Source: Deltaproteobacteria bacterium (lineage in GTDB: Bacteria; Myxococcota; Kuafuiibacteriia; Kuafuiibacteriales; Kuafuiibacteriaceae). Taken from it: a stretch of 64,000 nt of DNA. The notes under the pieces are model-generated. The model was not told where the DNA came from and made no database searches. It worked only from the letters and a program-made list of their open reading frames with translations. Position numbers and translations under genes: made by a program. This document shows, one piece after another, positions 52,118-60,715 of the stretch; the first letter of the stretch is position 1, and every line of letters begins with the position of its first letter. The DNA is taken from positions 32,001-96,000 of the forward strand of contig JAVJQW010000046.1 of assembly GCA_040218735.1 (NCBI GenBank). Direction: 5' to 3'.

Positions 52118-54673
52118 ATGAAGCCCAAGCTCTTCACGGTTCAAGTCACGCCGGTGCTCCCGAAGCCGCTCCTGCCGCTCGAGCACCTCGCTTACAACCT
52201 CTACTGGGATTGGACGCCCGAGATCGCGGAGCTGTTCGCCCGCGTCGATCCGGTGCTCTGGAAGGAGACCGGAAACAACCCCGTCGCGCTGCTGGGACAA
52301 GTGGACCAGAAGCGACTCGAGGCCCTCTCCTCCGACATCGGCTTCCTCGCGCACCTCGGCCGCGCGACGGAGATGCTCGACCGCTACCTCAACGAGCCGC
52401 GCTGGTTCCAGCTCGAGCACCTCGACCACCAGGCCGTGCGCATCGGCTACTTCTCGGCGGAGTTCGGCCTCGCGAGCTGCCTCCCGATCTACTCCGGCGG
52501 CCTCGGCATCCTCGCCGGTGACCACCTCAAGAGCGCCTCCGACCTCGGCATCCCGCTGGTCGGCATCGGGCTGCTCTACCAGGAGGGGTACTTCCGCCAG
52601 TACCTCAACTCCGACGGCTGGCAGATGGAGTCCTACCCGCCGAACGACTTCTACAACATGCCGATGCGCCTCGCCCGCAAGGACGACGGCACGCCGGTGC
52701 GCATCTTCGTCGAGTTCCCCGGGCGCCTCGTGCACGCGCAGGTCTGGCGGATCGACGTCGGGCGCGTGCCGCTGTTCCTCCTCGACACCAACGTGCCCGA
52801 GAACAACGACGTCGACCGGGCGATCACCCGCGCGCTCTACAGCGGCGGCGTCGAGCTCCGCATCCAGCAGCTCATGATGCTGGGCATCGGCGGTTATCGC
52901 GCGCTGGTCGAGATGGACCTCGAGCCGACCGTCTGCCACATGAACGAGGGGCACGCCGGTTTCCTCGGCGTCGAGCGCGCGCGGCACATGATGGGCGCGC
53001 GCCACATCGACTACGAGCTCGCGCGTGACCTCTGCGAGGACGGCAACCTCTTCACGACGCACACGCCGGTCCCCGCCGGGTTCGACGTCTTCCAACGCGA
53101 CCTCGTCGAGCGCCACATGAGCGCGTACATCCAGTCGGTCGGCATGTCCGTGCAGGACTTCATGGCGCTCGGTCGGCGCGACCGTCACAACGACTCCGAG
53201 CCGCTCAACATGGCGGTCGTCGCGATTCGTCACGCGACGCTCCGCAACGGCGTGAGCGAGCTGCACGGCAAGGTGAGCCGCGACCTCGTGCAGAACGGCG
53301 GCGCCTGGGAAGGCTGGCCGACGGAGGAGGTGCCGATCGACCACGTCACGAACGGCATCCACACGCGCACGTGGATCGCGCCCGAGATGGCGATGCTCCT
53401 CGACCGGTACCTCGGGCCGCACTGGCGTCGTGAGCCGGCGAACCCCCGGATCTGGGAGGCGGTGGATCGCATCCCGTCGGAGGAGCTGTGGCGGACGCAC
53501 GTCGCGCTCCGGCACCGCCTCGTGTCGTACGTGCGTGAGCACTTGGTCTGGCAGGGGCGTCGTCGTGCGGCGCCGGAGCGCGAGCTCGACGAGGCGCGCC
53601 ACGCGTTGGATCCCGAAGCGCTCACGATCGGCTTCGCGCGGCGCTTCGCGACCTACAAACGTGCGACGCTGCTGTTCTCGGATCCGGATCGTCTGCGGCG
53701 GATCATCACGAACACCGAGCGCCCCGTGCAGTTCATCTTCGCGGGCAAGGCGCACCCGGCGGACCACCCGGCGAAGGAGTTCATCAAGCTGATCGCGTCG
53801 AAGCTGAAGGACCCGACCTTCGGCGGCGCGATCGTGTTCCTCGAGGACTACGAGATCAGCGTCGCGGCGCCGATGATCAGCGGTGTCGACGTGTGGCTGA
53901 ACACGCCGCAGCGTCCGAAGGAGGCGAGCGGCACCAGCGGGATGAAGGTCGTCCCGAACGGCGGCCTCAACCTCTCGATCCTCGACGGCTGGTGGGCGGA
54001 GGGTTACGATCCCGAGCTCGGCTGGGCGATCGGCGCCGGTGAGAACTACGACGGCACCACCGACGCGGTGGAGGCGAATGCGCTCTATGACCTCCTCGAG
54101 ACGCAGGTGGTCCCGCTCTACTACGACCGGGATCAGCGCAGCGTCCCGCAGAAGTGGGTGTCGATGATGCGCGCGTCGATGAAGAAGCTCGCCGCGCGTT
54201 TCTCGAGTGACCGGATGGTCATGGAGTACGCGACGCGCTTCTACATCCCGACGGCGAGCCGCTTCCTGTCGAACCTGGAACGCGACCCCGCCGCGTCCGA
54301 GCAGATCGTCCACTGGAAGAACCGCGTGCGCGGCGAGTGGCGGCACGTGGCGGTCGACCACGTCGAGGCCCCGCAGGATGCGCACGCGCGGCTCGGCGAA
54401 TCCTTCGTCGTCTCCGCGCGCGTGCGCCTCGGGGGCCTCACGCCGGACGACGTCGACGTGCAGCTCTACCACGGGCTCCTGGACGCCCGGGATGAGCTGC
54501 GGGATTGCCAGAGCCTGTCGATGCAGCACGTGGAGTCGTCGGACGGCGTGCACGCGTACCGGACCGACGCCCAGTTCGCGGCGAGCGGTCGGTACGGCTA
54601 CACGGTTCGCATCGTGCCCCGGCGGGAGGATGTCCTCATCCCGAACGAGCTGACGGTGATTCGCTGGGCGTGA
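52118..54673 (+). CDS. glgP: Alpha-glucan (glycogen) phosphorylase
   Basis: YFSAEFGL, YSGGLGILAGDHLKSASD, HMNEGH, FTTHTPV, ARRFATYKR, EASGTSGMK PLP site. Confidence 0.96.
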   Translation: MKPKLFTVQVTPVLPKPLLPLEHLAYNLYWDWTPEIAELFARVDPVLWKETGNNPVALLGQVDQKRLEALSSDIGFLAHLGRATEMLDRYLNEPRWFQLEHLDHQAVRIGYFSAEFGLASCLPIYSGGLGILAGDHLKSASDLGIPLVGIGLLYQEGYFRQYLNSDGWQMESYPPNDFYNMPMRLARKDDGTPVRIFVEFPGRLVHAQVWRIDVGRVPLFLLDTNVPENNDVDRAITRALYSGGVELRIQQLMMLGIGGYRALVEMDLEPTVCHMNEGHAGFLGVERARHMMGARHIDYELARDLCEDGNLFTTHTPVPAGFDVFQRDLVERHMSAYIQSVGMSVQDFMALGRRDRHNDSEPLNMAVVAIRHATLRNGVSELHGKVSRDLVQNGGAWEGWPTEEVPIDHVTNGIHTRTWIAPEMAMLLDRYLGPHWRREPANPRIWEAVDRIPSEELWRTHVALRHRLVSYVREHLVWQGRRRAAPERELDEARHALDPEALTIGFARRFATYKRATLLFSDPDRLRRIITNTERPVQFIFAGKAHPADHPAKEFIKLIASKLKDPTFGGAIVFLEDYEISVAAPMISGVDVWLNTPQRPKEASGTSGMKVVPNGGLNLSILDGWWAEGYDPELGWAIGAGENYDGTTDAVEANALYDLLETQVVPLYYDRDQRSVPQKWVSMMRASMKKLAARFSSDRMVMEYATRFYIPTASRFLSNLERDPAASEQIVHWKNRVRGEWRHVAVDHVEAPQDAHARLGESFVVSARVRLGGLTPDDVDVQLYHGLLDARDELRDCQSLSMQHVESSDGVHAYRTDAQFAASGRYGYTVRIVPRREDVLIPNELTVIRWA

Positions 54674-54713
54674 CAGTCACGGCGGCGGGCCGATAAGCTC
54701 GCCGCACCCGCGA

Positions 54714-55994
54714 ATGCTGCTGGTTCTGTCGATCCTCGTCGTCCTCGTCACTTCGTTCTTCTGTTCGCTGTCCGAAGCCTCCCTGCTGAGTGTCAGCCGG
54801 GCGCGCATCCACTCGCTCGCGGAGAAGAACGCCGCCGCGCGCCTCGTCGAGCGGATGAAGCAGACGGTCGATCGCCCGATCGCGGCGATCCTGATCCTCA
54901 ACACCATCGCGAACACCGGCGGCGCGGCGCTCGCGGGGCGTGAGTACGACCGCCTCTTCGAAGGGGCCCACATGGGCGCCTTCACGCTGCTCCTCACCTG
55001 CGCGGTGCTGATCTTCTCGGAGCTGCTCCCCAAGACCCTCGGCGTGCGCAACGCGCTGAAGGCGTCGCTCGTGCTCGCGCGGCCACTCGCGGTGCTCGTG
55101 GTGCTGATGCGCCCCTTCGTGTGGATGTTCGAGCAGTTCGTCCGTCTGTTCGGAGAGAAGGCGCCGCGCCAGACGTTTTCGTTGGACGACCTCCGCGCGG
55201 TGGCGCGGCTCGCGGTGAGCTCGCAGTCGATCGGGCGCGGCGAGCAGATGATCATCGAGGCCGCGGCGCGGCTGCCGCGCATCCGCGTCGGTCAGATCAT
55301 GATCCACCGCGAGGACCTCGTTTACCTCTCGCTCTCCGCGGACGACGAGGACAACCTCGTGCGCGCGCGCCGATCGATGCACTCGCGGCTGCTGCTCTGC
55401 CACAACGACCTCGAGGACGTCGTCGGCTACGTCAACGTGAAGGCGTTGCTGTGGCGCCTGGTCCAGGAGCCGGAGGACCGCGAGGAAGAGGGCCTGAAGC
55501 GTCTGCTCGGCGAGTCGGTGCGTGAGCCTCTGCGCGTGGACCCCTCGCTCGAGGTGAGTGTCCTGCTCCAGCAGTTCTCGACGCAGCACGAACACCTCGC
55601 CCTCGTCGAGGCGGACGGTCGTGTGGTCGGGATGGTCACGCTCGAGGACGTCATCGAGGAGCTCATCGGCGAGATCGACGACGAGTACGACAAGTCGCCG
55701 CGCCTCATGGAGCGGCTGAGCCCCGGGCTGTGGCGCTTCGGCGGAGGCACGCTGTGGACCGACGTCGCTGCGGCGCTGAAGTTGCCGGCGGAGGAGTACC
55801 TGCCCCAGGACATCGACCTGGACGGCCGTTACGACGTCAACGATCTTGCCGGCGATCGGCTGCGCGGTAAGCTGCGCACCGGGGGGATCTTCACGATCGA
55901 GAAGTGGCGCTTCAAGGTGACGCGTATGCGTCGTGGCAAGGTGCTCCACGTGGAGGTGAGGCTCCTCGGTCAGCCGATCGGGACGCCGAACTAG
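54714..55994 (+). CDS. CNNM/CBS domain (CorB/hemolysin-family) membrane protein
   Basis: FFCSLSEASLLS, ILILNTIAN, FSELLPK, HSRL, GMVTLEDVIEELIGEIDDEYD. Confidence 0.92.
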   Translation: MLLVLSILVVLVTSFFCSLSEASLLSVSRARIHSLAEKNAAARLVERMKQTVDRPIAAILILNTIANTGGAALAGREYDRLFEGAHMGAFTLLLTCAVLIFSELLPKTLGVRNALKASLVLARPLAVLVVLMRPFVWMFEQFVRLFGEKAPRQTFSLDDLRAVARLAVSSQSIGRGEQMIIEAAARLPRIRVGQIMIHREDLVYLSLSADDEDNLVRARRSMHSRLLLCHNDLEDVVGYVNVKALLWRLVQEPEDREEEGLKRLLGESVREPLRVDPSLEVSVLLQQFSTQHEHLALVEADGRVVGMVTLEDVIEELIGEIDDEYDKSPRLMERLSPGLWRFGGGTLWTDVAAALKLPAEEYLPQDIDLDGRYDVNDLAGDRLRGKLRTGGIFTIEKWRFKVTRMRRGKVLHVEVRLLGQPIGTPN

Positions 55995-55997
55995 TCG

Positions 55998-57413
55998 ATG
56001 TCGCTGCTCCGTCGAGCCCCCGCGCGTCGTCGGACGCTCGCGTTCTACGTGAACCACCCCGTCACGGACTTCGTCGTGATGGTGCTGATCATCGCGTCGG
56101 TGGTGTTGCTCGTCTTCGAGGAGACGATGCCCCTTACGAAAGGCTCGTGGATCGTCTACGCGAGTGACGCGATCACCGTGACGTTCGCCGTCGAGCTGAC
56201 GCTGCGGCTGATCGTCGCGAAGAAGAAGGCGCGCTTCTTCCGGCGCTACTGGCCGGACCTCCTCGCGCTGCTGCCGTTGCTGAGGCCGCTGCGGTTCTTC
56301 CGCTTCTTTCGATTGCTGCGGCTGTTCCGCCTGTTCCAGCTCGGGCTGCTCCTCGACCGCCGTGTCTCCGTCCTGCGCGGCGTGCTGCGCGTGAACTTCT
56401 ACTTCCTGTGGATCCTCGTGGTGCTCACGGTGATCCTCGTCGTCGGCAGCGCGGTCATGGCGTTTGTGTTCGAGCACCGCGTCGGGCACGGCTTCGACGA
56501 CCTCTCCGACAACCTGTGGTGGGCCGCGTACACGATCATCGCGGGCGAGCCGATCGGCGGGCGGATGCCGACGACGGACTACGGGCGGTTGCTCCTCGCC
56601 GCGATGATGCTCTCCGGCATGACGCTGTTCGCCATCTTCACCGGCGTCGTCTCCGCAACCATGATAGACCGCCTGCAGGGGACGACGCGCTTGGGTGAGT
56701 TGGACATCGAGGAGCTCGAGGACCACATCATCATCTGCGGCTGGAACGACGGCGGCGAGGCGCTGGTCGGCGAGCTCACGGCCGACGAAGAGCTGAGCGG
56801 GCGACCCATCCTGCTCGTGAACGAGCGCGAGGAGATGCCGGACCTCGCGGGGACGGGCGTGCGACCGGACCTCGTCTACCACCTCGAAGGTGACTTCACG
56901 CAGATCGACATCCTCGCGCGCGCCGGCGTCGAGCGCGCGCACCGCGCGGTCGTGCTCGCGGACGACACCCGAGGGCACCTCGAAGCCGACCGCGACGCGC
57001 GGTCCGTGCTCGCGGCGCTCACCATCGAGCGCATGAAGAAGGGTATCTATTGCGTCGTGGAGCTGATGGACGCACGCAACGAAGCGCACCTCGCGGTGGC
57101 CGGCGTCGAGGCGTTCATCATGCGCAACGATCTCGCGGGTCGCGCGCTCGCCTCCGCGTGCCGTCACCCGCGGCTGATCGACGTGATGATGAACCTGCTG
57201 ACGCTCCGGCGCGGACAGACGCTCCTCCGTCTGCCGGGCCCCAAGGAGCCGACGCGCTTCGGTTCGCTGCTCTCCGGCCTCAAGGCCGAGCGCGGCGCGC
57301 TGCTGATCGGGGTGGAGCTCGACCACGTCCCGGAGATCAACCCGCCGCACGACCTCACGGTGACGCCGGAACACCACCTGCTGGTCATCAGCGACACCCT
57401 CCCGAACGCCTGA
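55998..57413 (+). CDS. 6TM voltage-sensor ion channel with C-terminal RCK domain; non-canonical filter
   Basis: S4 RPLRFFRFFRLLRLFR; pore helix LWWAAYTIIAGEPIGG; RCK DHIIICGWN..GDFT..AGVERA..DARSVL..VVEL. Confidence 0.88.
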   Translation: MSLLRRAPARRRTLAFYVNHPVTDFVVMVLIIASVVLLVFEETMPLTKGSWIVYASDAITVTFAVELTLRLIVAKKKARFFRRYWPDLLALLPLLRPLRFFRFFRLLRLFRLFQLGLLLDRRVSVLRGVLRVNFYFLWILVVLTVILVVGSAVMAFVFEHRVGHGFDDLSDNLWWAAYTIIAGEPIGGRMPTTDYGRLLLAAMMLSGMTLFAIFTGVVSATMIDRLQGTTRLGELDIEELEDHIIICGWNDGGEALVGELTADEELSGRPILLVNEREEMPDLAGTGVRPDLVYHLEGDFTQIDILARAGVERAHRAVVLADDTRGHLEADRDARSVLAALTIERMKKGIYCVVELMDARNEAHLAVAGVEAFIMRNDLAGRALASACRHPRLIDVMMNLLTLRRGQTLLRLPGPKEPTRFGSLLSGLKAERGALLIGVELDHVPEINPPHDLTVTPEHHLLVISDTLPNA

Positions 57414-57494
57414 GAGAGCGACATTTTGTCGCGCGCCTGGCGCGCCGAATGTCGGGATGTCCGACGCACCGGCGACAAACGCGAAGCGCGCGTC

Positions 57495-57510
57495 CGGCAC
57501 GAGGGCTGCA
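57495..57510 (+). promoter_or_regulatory. Candidate sigma54 (-24/-12) promoter
   Basis: CGGCACG-AGGG-CTGCA matches TGGCACG-N4-TTGC with exact GG-N10-GC spacing, just upstream of ATG 57524. Confidence 0.45.
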
Positions 57511-57523
57511 CTGCGTCCGGGCC

Positions 57524-58726
57524 ATGCGACTCACGTTCTGCCTCGTCCTCCCTCTCGTTGCTTCGGGGTGTGCGGAGGACCTGTTGTACGCCTACGGCGA
57601 CCCCGTCACGGTGACGGTGCGGAGCGAGTCGACGGGGAACGTCGACCTGCTGGTGTCGACGCCGCTCGGTGAGATCGTCGACGTCGTCGGCTTCGAGGCG
57701 CCCGGTCCCGTCGAGGTGCAGGCCCCGCCGGGTGGCTCCCTCTCGGTGTTCGAGGCCTCGACGTTTCACTCCTTCGCGGACGTGGCGGACGGCGAGTCGG
57801 TCCTGTTCCGGGGCTGGCTGCCACCGGCGTCGAGCGTTCAGCTCACGGTCCTCTCGGACCGACGAACACCGGAGCGCGAGCTTCACATCGTTGTGGGCTG
57901 CAACCTCGCGGCGTTTTCGTCCCACGAAGGTGTGACCATCGACGTCCCGTGCCCCAACGACCCGCTCCGGGTCGGGTTCGTGGAGGTCGACGCGTTGGGC
58001 CGTGAGCTCGGCGTCGCGACGCTCGAGGTCCCGCTCGCGGAGATCAACGACGTCACGCCGCCACGCCCCGAGGACTTCCGCGAGGTGCGGCCTTCGCGGA
58101 CCATCACGATCGACTCGACGGAAGCGTCACCGTTTCGCACCGTCTACGCGCAGGGGATCATCGGGTCGCAGACCTTCGGTCTGTACTCGGGGGGGATTCG
58201 GTTCCTGCACGACGCCGAGACGTCCACGACGGTCGCGCTGCTCCCGTTCCACTACGAGGCCCTGGTCGTCGGTGTCTCGGAGGTGACCTCCGGGGGGTTC
58301 GTCAGCGCCACGGATCGGTTCGGGGACGGGGACGTCACGATCGACATGAGCACCCGCCTCCCGAAGATCGACGGGGTGGCGACCAACACCGACGTGTCCT
58401 GGACCTTCGAAGGGAGCACCGCCCCGGTCGACGCGGTCGAGCTTCGTTTCGCGATGGCGTCCGGCGGCGCCCCCACCCTCGGCGTCGAGCAGTTCCGGCA
58501 GTGGTTCGTCAGCAAGCGCACCGACGGCTCATCGAGTTGGGTTCGCCCCGACGTCCCCAGCGACTTCGCGCCGACGCCTACGAGGGAGATGTCGGTCTAC
58601 GAGGCGGCCGTGATCGTGACCGCGAGCCCGCGAAGCGTCGAGGACCTCCGCGCCGACCCCTGGGGCGGCGGCCGGGCCACCGGGCGTACGGAGAGCCGCT
58701 CGATGGGGCTCGCGCTGACTCAGTGA
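57524..58726 (+). CDS. Hypothetical beta-rich lipoprotein
   Basis: MRLTFCLVLPLVASG-C lipobox; within ORF 57050..58726. Confidence 0.7.
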   Translation: MRLTFCLVLPLVASGCAEDLLYAYGDPVTVTVRSESTGNVDLLVSTPLGEIVDVVGFEAPGPVEVQAPPGGSLSVFEASTFHSFADVADGESVLFRGWLPPASSVQLTVLSDRRTPERELHIVVGCNLAAFSSHEGVTIDVPCPNDPLRVGFVEVDALGRELGVATLEVPLAEINDVTPPRPEDFREVRPSRTITIDSTEASPFRTVYAQGIIGSQTFGLYSGGIRFLHDAETSTTVALLPFHYEALVVGVSEVTSGGFVSATDRFGDGDVTIDMSTRLPKIDGVATNTDVSWTFEGSTAPVDAVELRFAMASGGAPTLGVEQFRQWFVSKRTDGSSSWVRPDVPSDFAPTPTREMSVYEAAVIVTASPRSVEDLRADPWGGGRATGRTESRSMGLALTQ

Positions 58727-60534
58727 ACCTGCGCAAGCTGACTTGCGCGCGTCATGAGATCCAGGAACTCGACCTTGTCGGGGTCCCGCTCGCTCTTCGC
58801 GCCGCGCGCGATCGAGATGACCTGCGCGTACGACCACGCCTTCGCGCGCGGGCCCTTCCTCAGCAGCTCCGCGCCGCCCACCACCGCGGTCGCGAAGCGG
58901 AGGTCCGCGGGGGCGCGTTCGAAGCGGCGACGAACCATCGCGGTGGTGATGGTCATCGAGGTCTCCTTCGCGGTGTCCTCGCCGGGGCGCTTCGCCCGCA
59001 CGAAGACCTCGCCGAGCCGGCCCTCGCCAGCGTGGGGATCGAGCACGAGCTCGTAGAGCGCCGTGACCTGGTGGCCGGCGCCGATCTCCCCCGCGTCGAC
59101 CTCGTCGCGGCGGAAGTCCTCGTCGGCGATCGTGCGGTTCTCGTACCCGACGAGGCGGTAGCGCTTCACGACGTGGCTGTCGAACGCGACCTGGATCTTC
59201 ACGTCCTTCGCGACGTCCTGGATCATCTTGTTGAGGTCGCGGCCGAAGACACGCTGCGCCTGGCGCTCGGAGTCGACGTAGAAGTAGTTGCCGTTCCCCT
59301 TGTTCGCGAGCTGCTCCATCATCGCGTCCTTGTAGTTGCCGTCGCCGAAGCCGATCGTGCTGAGCGTGACGCCGCGGTCCACGTAGGTGCGGATGCGTTC
59401 GAGCAGCGCGTCCGGCTTCGTGGCGCCGATGTTCGCGTCGCCGTCCGAGCAGACGATGATCCGCGTCGTCGTGCCCTCGGCCTGCATCTGCGCGGCTTGC
59501 GCGTAGGCGAGGGACAGGCCCGATTCCATCGCGGTCCCGCCGGACGACTCGAGCCGATCGAGCGCCGCGATGATCTCGCCCTTGTAGCGCGCCAGGGTCG
59601 GCTCGAGGACCAACGCGATGCCGCCGGCGTACGTGGCGATCGCGACCTTGTCGTCGGGGCGGAGGTGCTCGACGGCGATCGTCAGGCTCTTCTTGGCGAG
59701 GTCGAGTTTGTCCGCGCTCGACATCGAGCAGCTCGTGTCCACGAGGAACACCAGGTTCGCGGGCATCCGCTCGGCGTTCGTCAGCGGCCGGGCCATGAGG
59801 CCCACGCGGAGCAGGTGGGTGCGGTCCTCGCTGTCGAGCGGCGACGTCGCGCCGTCGACCTCGATCGAGAACAGCCCCTTCGCGAAGCGGGGAGGGCGGT
59901 AGTCGTAGGCGAAGTAGTTGAGGAACTCCTCGGGGCGGACGAGCGTGGGCTCCGGCATCGCGCCCGACAGGAGCGAGCGACGCGCAATCGCGTACGCCGC
60001 GGTGTCGACGTCGATCGCAAACGTCGAGAGGTGGTCGACGACGGTCTTCTCGTCGCGCGCGACCACGTGGTCGGGACGCCCGATGAAGTCCGCGGGGCCG
60101 CCGCGGTGCGGTAGCTGAATGCGGGCGTACTGAAACGGCGCCGCCTCGACCTCGACGCGTTCGCGCGTGTCGCTCTGCTGCCCGTCGAAGTCGCCGCCCA
60201 GCGTGCCCGTGATGCCGAGTCCGCCGGCACCGCCGAAGCCTCCACCCCCGGCGCCGAAGCCGAGGCCGCCCATACCGCCGCTCCCCCTCGCGACGCCGAC
60301 CGTCCCGCGCGCGCGTTTGCCGAAGCGGCCGGAGCGGCCGAGGCCTTCGACGTAGACGGTGCCGACGTAGATCGGCTCGGCGTGTCCGCCGCTCGCTGCG
60401 CGTTGAACGGCGAGCCCCTTCAGCGGCTTCGCTCGTAGTGTCGGTTGCGCGGGGCCGAGTGGCCCGTGGGCGCAAGCGAAGAGGGTGACCCATCCGAGGG
60501 GAGCCAGGCGTCGCACGTTCGAGGGACACCACAT
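58720..60534 (-). CDS. YfbK-like von Willebrand factor A domain lipoprotein
   Basis: STFAIDVDTAAY, VRPEEFLNYF, MIDAS LVDTSCSM, SDGDANIG, LANKGNGNY, AKDVKIQV, DAGEIGAGHQVTALYE; lipobox LFA-C. Start 60534 or 60516. Confidence 0.9.
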   Translation of the reverse strand: MWCPSNVRRLAPLGWVTLFACAHGPLGPAQPTLRAKPLKGLAVQRAASGGHAEPIYVGTVYVEGLGRSGRFGKRARGTVGVARGSGGMGGLGFGAGGGGFGGAGGLGITGTLGGDFDGQQSDTRERVEVEAAPFQYARIQLPHRGGPADFIGRPDHVVARDEKTVVDHLSTFAIDVDTAAYAIARRSLLSGAMPEPTLVRPEEFLNYFAYDYRPPRFAKGLFSIEVDGATSPLDSEDRTHLLRVGLMARPLTNAERMPANLVFLVDTSCSMSSADKLDLAKKSLTIAVEHLRPDDKVAIATYAGGIALVLEPTLARYKGEIIAALDRLESSGGTAMESGLSLAYAQAAQMQAEGTTTRIIVCSDGDANIGATKPDALLERIRTYVDRGVTLSTIGFGDGNYKDAMMEQLANKGNGNYFYVDSERQAQRVFGRDLNKMIQDVAKDVKIQVAFDSHVVKRYRLVGYENRTIADEDFRRDEVDAGEIGAGHQVTALYELVLDPHAGEGRLGEVFVRAKRPGEDTAKETSMTITTAMVRRRFERAPADLRFATAVVGGAELLRKGPRAKAWSYAQVISIARGAKSERDPDKVEFLDLMTRASQLAQVH

Positions 60535-60715
60535 CGTCGCGCCGGGTTCCGCGGTTCGGCGCACACGGCATACACGCCGAGTCGACGACATCGCGGGGTG
60601 TGCTCGTGTCGAGACACATTCCCTCTCCAGGACGTGAATCTCACTTCGAATCGGCCTCGAAAGAGCACGGCCGCAGCGTGCACGTTGCAGAACGCATCGA
60701 GTACGCTGGCGCGTG

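Noticed and set aside
57418-57432. GCGACA-TTT-TGTCGC hairpin after the channel gene as a terminator
   Set aside because: Short stem with no downstream U tract; too weak to call.
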